From contig MHJJ01000011.1 of the NCBI GenBank assembly GCA_001817915.1, positions 17,710-80,121 on the forward strand: a stretch of DNA of 62,412 nt, written 5' to 3'. Origin of the DNA: Candidatus Harrisonbacteria bacterium RIFCSPLOWO2_01_FULL_44_18. Its GTDB lineage: Bacteria; Patescibacteriota; Minisyncoccia; UBA6257; WO2-44-18. The translations under genes were made by a program, and so were the position numbers. Below the pieces are notes generated by a model. It was not told the DNA's origin and ran no database searches. It worked only from the letters and a program-made list of their open reading frames with translations. The first letter of the stretch is position 1. Each line of letters starts with the position of its first letter. Positions 37,152 through 45,800 of the stretch are shown here, piece after piece.

Positions 37152-39310
37152 AATCTTGTAAAAATCTTATTCATTTTTCCGGCAATTATATCCCAAGAAT
37201 AATTTTTTACCACTAATGCTCGCCCGGCTTGAGAAATTTTTTGGCGCAAATCGGCATCCGTTAGCAATAATTTTATTTTTTCGGCCAAATCTACCGGATC
37301 GTCAACGCGACAAAAAAAGCCGGTCTCGCCCTCTTTGAGAAAATCGGGAATTCCGCCGACAGGCGTGCCAATAATCGGCAAACCGGCAGCCATGGCTTCC
37401 AAAAAAGAACTGCCCAAACCCTCAGAACGAGAGGGACGGACAAAAATGTCGGCTTTCGCTAAATAATCAGGAATTCTCTCTGGATCAACGTGCCCCAAAA
37501 ACTCGACTTGGTCTTGTATTTTCAAATCGATTGCTAATTTTTTAAGATTTTCCTCCTCCGGCCCTCCGCCTAAAATTTGAATTGTGAACTTAGAATTAGA
37601 AGTTAAGGCCTTTAATTCCGCCGCCGCGCGAATTAAAGTATCAATACCATTTTTATGGACTAGCCGCGAAGTCGTAATAATTATTTTCTCTTTTTTCGTA
37701 CTTTCGTATTTTTTCGTATTTTCGTAAGATTTTATATCAACACCGTTGGGCACTACCTCAATCGGACATCTTGCGCCATGCCGCCGAGCAAAATCAGCCA
37801 AATAATTGCTAATGGTTTGGATATAATCGGCCTTTTTAAAAATCAGCCGCCAAAGCGGATAAAAAATCCCGACACGACGCAATATATGCCCCTCGGAATC
37901 GCCTTCCTGTAAAGTCAAAAGCATAGGCACCCGCGGGTGGCGTAATTTAAAAAGCAGAGCCGCTAGACCGCCATAAGCCGCCATCATTGCCCAAATAGCA
38001 TCAAAAGGCTGCTGTTTGTGCAATTTTTCCGCCGCTCGCCAAGCTCGAAAAACGTACAAAGCTTTCTGCCAGAAATGGCCATAATAATTCTTGGCACTTG
38101 GCACTTGGCACTTGGCACTTTGTCCTACTCTCACTACTTCAACATTGCCTATTTTCTCTTGTCTTGGCCATTCTCGATTAAACCTGTGCGTAAAACAAGT
38201 AAAGCGATGCTGGAGTAGACGATCGGTTATCTCTTTAACCGCAAGTTCGGCGCCGCCGACGAAAGGGATATAAGCCAAAGAAAATATGCCAATATGCGTA
38301 GTTCCCGTATCAATCCGTGTCGTAATCCGCGTTTTTCCGCGTCTTTTGAGAAAATGATAATAAAATTCCCAAAGCCCGCCAAGTGAAGCCAGCGCCATTA
38401 TCATAAAAAGATTTAAAAATGATAAAGCCGCCGCTCTTTCCGACGCTAAACCAGTTTGAACCAGTAAGTATATCAAGCCACCCTCTCTTAAGCCAATGCC
38501 GGCAATTGTAATGGGTATTGTTATCAAAATGATTACCAGGGAATTAAAAAAAACAATAGTCCAAAAACCGACGCCCAAGCCCAGGGCTTCACTGATCACG
38601 TAAAGAGCGGCTGCCCCTGATAAAACTCCTATTAAAGAAAGTGACAAGGATTTTAACAATTGATACTTCCTTTTTCGACATGTAATAAGCACGCTCAAAA
38701 CAAAAACCAAAAATTTCCGCAACGATGCCAGCGGTATCTTTACAAAAATTTTAATTAAAAAATCGAATAGATTTGAAAAAATAAAACCGAGTCCCAAAAC
38801 CGCCATTAATAAAAGTACCGCGCCGATAATAAAGGAACTTGACCCCAAATAATTAATTGACGGATGTCTAATTATAAAAAAAATGCCGGCAAAAATTACA
38901 TATCCGAGCAACCCCATCCCAACATCAATAAAAGAAAGCAAAAAAATCTGATTTTTCATCTCGCATTCTCCCCGATGGTCTCTGGCAATTTGATAAGCTC
39001 GCACTAAATCCCCGGTGATTTTTCCGCCCGGCAAAACTATACCGTAAAATATACCCACCAGATTGTATAAAAATAAACGGGGAGATTTAATTTTGACGTT
39101 AAAAATCTCCAGCAAAGCTCCCCATCTTAAACTATTGATCCACCACCCAATTCCCGATAAAAGTACGGCTAGTAAAAAAGAATCAATGTCCACATTGCGC
39201 ATCTCAGAAAAAAATCGCGGTAGATCAATCTTGCTCAATAAAAACCAGATTAAAATAGCGGTGGCCGCGATCTTTAGCAAGTAGATTAGATTTTTTAACA
39301 TTGTTATCAT
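37139..39310 (-). CDS. fusion of flippase-like membrane domain (LPG-synthase-TM / UPF0104-like) and GT4 glycosyltransferase
   Basis: The N-terminal ~330 aa are polytopic. The C-terminal GT4 domain carries SEGLGSSFLEAMAAGLPIIGTPVGGIPDFL. Confidence 0.7.
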   Translation of the reverse strand: MITMLKNLIYLLKIAATAILIWFLLSKIDLPRFFSEMRNVDIDSFLLAVLLSGIGWWINSLRWGALLEIFNVKIKSPRLFLYNLVGIFYGIVLPGGKITGDLVRAYQIARDHRGECEMKNQIFLLSFIDVGMGLLGYVIFAGIFFIIRHPSINYLGSSSFIIGAVLLLMAVLGLGFIFSNLFDFLIKIFVKIPLASLRKFLVFVLSVLITCRKRKYQLLKSLSLSLIGVLSGAAALYVISEALGLGVGFWTIVFFNSLVIILITIPITIAGIGLREGGLIYLLVQTGLASERAAALSFLNLFMIMALASLGGLWEFYYHFLKRRGKTRITTRIDTGTTHIGIFSLAYIPFVGGAELAVKEITDRLLQHRFTCFTHRFNREWPRQEKIGNVEVVRVGQSAKCQVPSAKNYYGHFWQKALYVFRAWRAAEKLHKQQPFDAIWAMMAAYGGLAALLFKLRHPRVPMLLTLQEGDSEGHILRRVGIFYPLWRLIFKKADYIQTISNYLADFARRHGARCPIEVVPNGVDIKSYENTKKYESTKKEKIIITTSRLVHKNGIDTLIRAAAELKALTSNSKFTIQILGGGPEEENLKKLAIDLKIQDQVEFLGHVDPERIPDYLAKADIFVRPSRSEGLGSSFLEAMAAGLPIIGTPVGGIPDFLKEGETGFFCRVDDPVDLAEKIKLLLTDADLRQKISQAGRALVVKNYSWDIIAGKMNKIFTRLCAF

Positions 39311-39354
39311 ATTATAACAATTTAAAGCCGGGTATTGTTATACAGAACACAATC

Positions 39355-40521
39355 ATGAAAAAAGTTAAAATACTCTATTTAATTACTAAAGATGGCGTCG
39401 GCGGCGCTCAAAAATACGTACATGACCTTGCGGAAAAGCTTGACAAGGAAAAATTTGAAATAGAAATTTTAACTGGCGGCAAAGAGGGCGCGCGATACCT
39501 GTCTAACGCATTTCGTCCTTATTTCTTTTTTATAAATGACTGGCTGGCAGTCGTCGAATTATTTTCAAAATTGCGCCAAATAAAACCAAACATTCTGCAC
39601 TTAAACAGCTCTAAAGCCGGCATTGTCGGCTCTCTCTCCGCTTGGCTTTATAGGGCCATTGGGCGTATTGGACTTATTGGTCTAATTGGTCCTATTAAAG
39701 TTATTTTCACTGCCCACGGCTGGGTTTTTAATCCCAATAATAATTTAAGCCGGTTACGCCGTCAATTTTATATTTGGCTCCACAAATTGGCCGCTAAATT
39801 CCAAGACCATATCATTAATGTTTCCGAGTATGACCGCCAATTAGCTCTTAAACACAAAATCGCACCTCCGGAAAAACTGGTAACTATTCATAACGGCATA
39901 GATCATCAAAATCTAAAATTTTTTGATAAACAGACCGCCCGCAAAACCCTTTTAAAACTTGCTAACTTATCAACTTATAAACTTATAAACTCGACTTGGG
40001 TTGGCTCCATCGGCCGCTTAGTCAAAGAGAAAAATTATGAAACTTTTATAGAAGCTGCTTCTTTATTGAAAGATAAATCGGTAAAATTCTTTATTATCGG
40101 CAGCGGACCGGAACATAAGAAATTAGAAACGGGAATCGAAAAATTAGGATTAGGGGGTAGATTTTTTATTATTGAAAATCTCGCGCCGGCGGCGCCCTAC
40201 TTAAAGGCTTTTGATATTTTTGTTTTGAGCTCTATAAAAGAAGGCCTGCCTTACACGCTTTTAGAAGCGATGGCCGCCGAATTGCCAATTATCACTACCC
40301 GGGTCGGCGGAATGACCGAAATAATTGACAAACCGGATAACGGAAAGAATGGATTAGCGGTATTGCCTCGAGAACCCGAAGAATTATCCCGAGCAATTAA
40401 TTATCTTTTGGAAAATCCGCAAATAGCTCGGCAATTGGCGGTTCAGGCCTATAAAAAACTTAAAAACAATTTAGGAATAGAAAAAATGGCGGAAAAAACA
40501 AAAAATATCTATATTTGTTAG
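39355..40521 (+). CDS. glycosyltransferase family 4
   Basis: MKKVKILYLITKDGVGGAQKY N-terminus and KEGLPYTLLEAMAAELPIITTRVGGMTEII motif. The start is moved to 39355. Confidence 0.85.
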   Translation: MKKVKILYLITKDGVGGAQKYVHDLAEKLDKEKFEIEILTGGKEGARYLSNAFRPYFFFINDWLAVVELFSKLRQIKPNILHLNSSKAGIVGSLSAWLYRAIGRIGLIGLIGPIKVIFTAHGWVFNPNNNLSRLRRQFYIWLHKLAAKFQDHIINVSEYDRQLALKHKIAPPEKLVTIHNGIDHQNLKFFDKQTARKTLLKLANLSTYKLINSTWVGSIGRLVKEKNYETFIEAASLLKDKSVKFFIIGSGPEHKKLETGIEKLGLGGRFFIIENLAPAAPYLKAFDIFVLSSIKEGLPYTLLEAMAAELPIITTRVGGMTEIIDKPDNGKNGLAVLPREPEELSRAINYLLENPQIARQLAVQAYKKLKNNLGIEKMAEKTKNIYIC

Positions 40522-41207
40522 GGACTGGCAGTTGATTTATAAGATTCTAGGGCCCGCAATAAAGATTCATCGCCAGGCAAGATTTTCAAACCTCTTTGTA
40601 AAACTTGTTCTACTTGATCGCTTTTTTCTTTATAGAAAACCGAATAAAATTCCGCTAGCCCCAAATAAAGATAGGGTAGGGCAGAATCAATTTCAATGGC
40701 CTTTAAATAGTTTTCTTCGGCTTTTAAATTATCTTTTAAATAGCCCGCGTAAAGACCGCCGAGATTGTAATAAGGAGTCGAGAACTCCGGATTGACGATT
40801 TTTGCGTATTCCCAGGCATCGCGGGCCCCCTCATAATTGTTAAAAAACTTTTTCAAAACGCCAACTCTCACCCAGGCCTCAGCGTCTCCAGGATTTTCCG
40901 TGAGAGTTTTCTTAAAATTAGCGAGTTCTTGTTTATATTTTTCCAAATAATCTGCCGGTACTTGCTGTATAAAAGGATCATTGCCAATGTTATCAATTGG
41001 ATCGCCGGTATAAGACGATAACTTCCCGAGTTCAACGGATGTTGGGCTATCTTGGGCATTCAAAGCAGCTGGAGAAACATCGCTATTTTCATAAACTCCG
41101 GCCGGCGTTTGTGCCGTTTGCTCTATTTTACTCTGACGGAAAAACCATAGCCAAAAAACACCGCTGACCAAAACTAAAACTATAAGTAGAATTAAGCCTT
41201 TTTTCAT
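40518..41207 (-). CDS. membrane-anchored TPR repeat protein
   Basis: N-terminal TM helix, then TPR-like repeats (AEAWVRVGVL...YEGARDAWEYAKIVNP...YYNLGGLY...AEENYLKAIEID). Confidence 0.7.
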   Translation of the reverse strand: MKKGLILLIVLVLVSGVFWLWFFRQSKIEQTAQTPAGVYENSDVSPAALNAQDSPTSVELGKLSSYTGDPIDNIGNDPFIQQVPADYLEKYKQELANFKKTLTENPGDAEAWVRVGVLKKFFNNYEGARDAWEYAKIVNPEFSTPYYNLGGLYAGYLKDNLKAEENYLKAIEIDSALPYLYLGLAEFYSVFYKEKSDQVEQVLQRGLKILPGDESLLRALESYKSTASP

Positions 41208-41240
41208 ATTACCGATGCGAAAATTATTTTTAGCATCGGC

Positions 41241-42647
41241 TTATCTAAACCAGCCGAGAATTACCTGCAACAAATTTCCAAGAAAAGAAGATTTGACTTG
41301 GCTGCCGCTCGGCAAAGTCCGCTGATCAAAAGGATAAGCGCCAATATCCGCCCTGGTACCATCTGGATCTTTAGAAAAAGCCGGATCGCCGGCGTCAATC
41401 ATTATTGAATTTGACCGCAGTTGATAATTGTCCGCTCCGGCAAAAAGCGGGTCGGTGGAAAAATTGTTGATCCCCGAAGGAGTAAATTTTTCTCGCCTTC
41501 TGAAAGTGTAATAATTTTCCGTGGCGTTGTTCCAAACATTAGTATAAGAAATTTTCAAGATTTCGTGTTCTTTCTCCGCGGAGCCCTGAGACGCCGCCAC
41601 TCCATATTCTCGATTGGAAACTATTATGTTGTTGATTAATTTATGATTGCCGCCGACCGAATCAAGATAATAGCCTGTATTATTTTTCGCAATCGTATTA
41701 TTTTCTGCGCTGACAACGCCACCGTAAGCCGCGTTATCATAAATGCCAAAAGATTTATTATTGATAATCAAATTATTTTTTAAAAGTATTGAACCGGCCA
41801 CGGCAAACACTGATATGCCGATTGAACTATTCTTGATAATAGAGTTTTTTACCGTAACGGCCGCTTCTTCTCTGGGAATATTTAAATAGACAGCTATGTT
41901 ATCAAGATTAGTATTGACGGTAAGCCCGTCAATAACCGCGGAATTAACGCCGTCTGTCAAAACAATGCCCAAGCCTTTATCGGGATTAATAATAGTTGCT
42001 TCCGCGCCTTGCTCGCTTTGAATAGTTAACGCGTTGGTTTTAACAAAAAGATTTTCTTGATAAACGCCCGGCGATATTAGAATTACGTCTCCTGAACAAG
42101 CGGCATCAATAGCTGACTGAATAGCGGCGTATTCAGACGGGATTTTTCGAGTTTTGCAAACCGGCTCAAGAGAGAGCACCGCGACCGCCGGCTCTGGCTC
42201 CGGCTTAATCTCAATTGCTTCTCTGGCCGCGGGTTCCTCCGCGACCACTGGCGCTGACACAAGTAGTTCGTTAAGTTTGGCGCGGGTAAAAGCGCCAACT
42301 CGCCCATAACCGGTAGTTTCCGGCGTCCCGGAACTGACAATTCCATATTTAACCTGAAATCTCTTTACGGCCGCTTCAGTCAGCAAACCAAAATAACCGG
42401 TTACCAAGCCTTCGGGATAAACATCCGGCCATTGTTTCAAAAATTTCTGCAATTCTTCAACTTGCGGATTCTGAAATCCTTTGTATAGAGATTCAGTGAA
42501 CCCCGTTACTCCCCGGTCTAAAGGTCGGAACATCTCCTCCGATCTGAAGACTGGGGTATCGGGGAGTAACGGGGTGAATACGGCCGCCGAAGCGGTCAGA
42601 TAGGAAAACAAACCGAAAATAATTAAAAGCAAAAACAGTTTTCTCAT
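41241..42647 (-). CDS. secreted protein: PG_binding_1-like domain plus right-handed beta-helix repeats
   Basis: Signal peptide MRKLFLLLIIFGLFSYLTASA. VEELQKFLKQ...GYFGLLTEAAVKRFQVKYGI is a peptidoglycan-binding-type motif. Repeated NxxIxNN beta-helix turns follow. Confidence 0.7.
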   Translation of the reverse strand: MRKLFLLLIIFGLFSYLTASAAVFTPLLPDTPVFRSEEMFRPLDRGVTGFTESLYKGFQNPQVEELQKFLKQWPDVYPEGLVTGYFGLLTEAAVKRFQVKYGIVSSGTPETTGYGRVGAFTRAKLNELLVSAPVVAEEPAAREAIEIKPEPEPAVAVLSLEPVCKTRKIPSEYAAIQSAIDAACSGDVILISPGVYQENLFVKTNALTIQSEQGAEATIINPDKGLGIVLTDGVNSAVIDGLTVNTNLDNIAVYLNIPREEAAVTVKNSIIKNSSIGISVFAVAGSILLKNNLIINNKSFGIYDNAAYGGVVSAENNTIAKNNTGYYLDSVGGNHKLINNIIVSNREYGVAASQGSAEKEHEILKISYTNVWNNATENYYTFRRREKFTPSGINNFSTDPLFAGADNYQLRSNSIMIDAGDPAFSKDPDGTRADIGAYPFDQRTLPSGSQVKSSFLGNLLQVILGWFR

Positions 42648-42653
42648 ATTTCT

Positions 42654-42695
42654 AAACTAATAACTTATAACTTATACCTTATAACTTATAATACC
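42654..42695. repeat. heptanucleotide array (TAACTTA)n
   Basis: 42661-42688 reads TAACTTA TAACTTA TACCTTA TAACTTA, with degenerate units on both sides. It lies immediately upstream of the start of 41241..42647. Confidence 0.8.
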
Positions 42696-42706
42696 CTACT
42701 CCGCCA

Positions 42707-42746
42707 TCTAAAACAAACCCCGCCCTTTCTATGAAAGGGCGGGGTT
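42707..42746 (-). terminator. strong Rho-independent terminator of the 1206-aa surface-protein gene
   Basis: Perfect 14-bp stem AACCCCGCCCTTTC / GAAAGGGCGGGGTT (42716-42746) with a 3-nt loop, followed on the minus strand by TTGTTTTAG. Confidence 0.8.
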
Positions 42747-42818
42747 GTTCACTCTATAGAGCTCAAGCTCCCTGAGCAGCGCCGAAAGGGCTTGCCCTGA
42801 GCGGCGTCGAAGGGATCT

Positions 42819-45800
42819 CTACGGAGTTAGAGTTTCAGATGTCATATTGGTGCTCGGCAAACCATCCACTTGGAATCCATTCACCCAATCATAAGAGGCA
42901 ACGCCGGAAGTAGTAGTGGAGTTACCGGACCAAATGAAGTCATCATGAACAGCGAAACCGTCAACAAGGGCCGCCGTGGTAGCAAACGCATAGTTACCGG
43001 CGCCAGATCCAACCCAGCTATCGGCATTATCGCCGCCAATAGTATTGGATCCCGCGGTATAAGAAGCATCTCCCAGCAAGCTAACGCTCACCGTAGAAGA
43101 AGTAGCGCTCATGTTGGCAACCGTACCGGTTAACTCATAGTAACGAGTTGTTCCGGCCGGAACTTGAATGGCTTCATTAGTGCCACCTTGTGCTACCGGG
43201 TCAAAGTAGAATTCCCACGCAGTGCCGCCACCACTAGTTAACGTCATAGATGAACTATTTACCAAGCCGTTGTTGCTATAGGCCGCCTGTGAAAACGCGG
43301 AATCAGAGTAACCACGAACCTGCAAATTAGTGATAGCAAAGGACGGGAGACCCGAAGTTGAAGTAGCGATATCGAGTGTGAACTTATAGAGACCAACTGT
43401 GCCAGCTGACGGCGCGGTTACCGAGAAACGGTACAGCGGAATATTGGCATTTATCAGCTTTGTGCTCGGTAAAGCCAGTTTAGTCAACTTCGGAATGGCC
43501 TTAAAGATTCTGGCGCCGCTAGAAGCCGTGGTGGCTCCGGTAGCGTAAACCGTACTGCCAGAAGAAAGACCAGTGCCTCGAGTGGCATTACCCGCGGAAT
43601 CAGCATTAGCGCCATCATACTCAACCCTTACCAAGTGGCCAGGTCTTGCTGGATCTGACGTGCCAATAGCCGCGAGATCGCCTTTAATGGTCAAAGTCTT
43701 ATCAGCATCCTTCGGAACAACGAACGCGGTCAAAGTAGCAGTAGCATTGTCACCAGTCAAGACAGATTCGCCAACCTTAGTAGCACCATCCCACAATGTA
43801 ACCTTCACCAAGTCTTGAGGAGTATTTGAACCAGTGCCTCCCAATACCAAACCTAACTGCTTAACTTCAACAGCTTCATTAGCGCTAGTAAATCTCAATA
43901 CTGCTAAAGTGTTGTCGGTGGTATTGGCATTTATCAATCTTATACCCGGACTTGACGAATCCAAAGCAACGGCAATAGTGCCGGCATTAGTCAGAGTAAT
44001 CGCCTGACCGGTAGTATCGTCATAGGTCTCTGTAATTGTTGAACCAGAGGTCATGCCAGTCGGAATCATATCATCGGCATCGCCCGGAATTTCCAGAGTC
44101 CAGTTGTAGGTGGTAGTAGTGGTTGTCGTAGTAGCGCTCGTATTGCACTTTAAGGCCAAAGTCTTAACTACTCCTTTAGGAATAATCCAGCTCTGATCAA
44201 AAGTGAACACTTTATCAACGGCAGTGGCATCGGCATTGGCGCCGTCTCTGACGTTAGTTCCGGTGTTTAGCGCCTTACTGCCATCCCATAACTGACAATT
44301 CGTCAGGTCATCGTTGGAATTGACTTGACCAAAGTTAAATTCAACCTCCGTTGAATTTAACCTGACATCTTCGCCTGACGCGGTTGTGTCAAACGAGAGG
44401 TTAGCAAGAGTCAAACCCTTAACACCAGCCACCATAGTCTGCGTAACCGGCGTAGGCAAGGTTGACACCCTCAAAGCTCCGGCTTTTACCGTCATAGTAT
44501 TGCCGGTAATAGCGGTAGATGGAGTCGGCGTAATAGTCACGCCGCTAGTTGTACCTCTTACGGTTGACCAACCCGATGGAGTTGTGGACGCGGACACCGT
44601 ATTGTCAGTCGCATAGTCAGTACTCAACTGACCTTTTAGCGTAAAGGTGTTAGTACCAATTGGGAAGACGACAGTATCGGTGAATGTCAAGTTCGGGCTG
44701 GTGGCGGCAATATCTACCGGTCCAGCAACCGCCTTGCCAGTTGAATCAACCAATGTGACGTTAGTTATGTCCTGCGTGCCGGCAGTAAGACTAGTGCCAG
44801 CCCATCGGCTGAATCTAAATACCATTTGGGCAACACTGACCGGCTCGCCTTTTACGATGACGTCAAAAGCGCCCAATGGCTGATTAGCCAAGTTGATAGC
44901 AACATTTTGAGACGGAACTGCGTTTGATGCCATAACTTGGATAGTTCCAGCGCCGATAGTCGTTGTAAAGGCGTCAAACCTTGGTTCAGCATCTTGAAAT
45001 TCGCCGTCATCATCGTTGTCAGCGGAAGTTTCTGTCGCGCTTGGCAACAGGGTATAGCCGTAAGTCAAGCCCATAACTTGCAAATCGCCATAGCGGTATA
45101 GATCAAAATCAATTGTTCTATTTGAACCATCCGCTACGTCGCCCTTGATAGACATTTCCTTATTCAATCCTTTCGCGATTTTAACTCCCTCGCCGAATGT
45201 GGCAACGTAATACTTACCGTCCGAACTAACAGTTGTCGGATATTCGACGCCATCCAAAACAACTTTAATATTAGCTACGTCGCTAACGCTCGCGGAACCG
45301 GATTGATTCCAACTAACAGACTTTACTAGGACGTCCTCGTTAGAACCCGCGGTTAATCTCAGGCCGGAAGTAGTGTACCCGGTAGTGCCAATTTCTTTTG
45401 TTTGGCCAGATCCCGGATCAAAAGATCCTCGCGCGAGAGTTACCGTGCCAACAGCTAAAGTGCTGTTAACGGTCATTACGGGTCCTGTTAACGGGAAGCT
45501 GGCAACAACAGTCACGGGGCTGGCTTCAGCGTCAACGGCTACCAAGCTCAAAGAAGCTAATTGGCCCTGGTAGTCATTCTGATCGCTGTCAGAATCACCG
45601 GCCAAAGTTATTGTCCTGCTTTGACCCGCCTTGACAACAAATTTTTCAGTTAATTTAAGACGGTGATCCGCGCCAAAAGTCTTAGAAGTGCCCATGCGGA
45701 TACCATCTTCGCCTAAAGCGATTACTCCGCTGAAAATCGCGTCATTGGCTTGGCCAGTTCTTTCAATCGTCAAAGATTTAACGGTAATGTCTGCGTCTGC

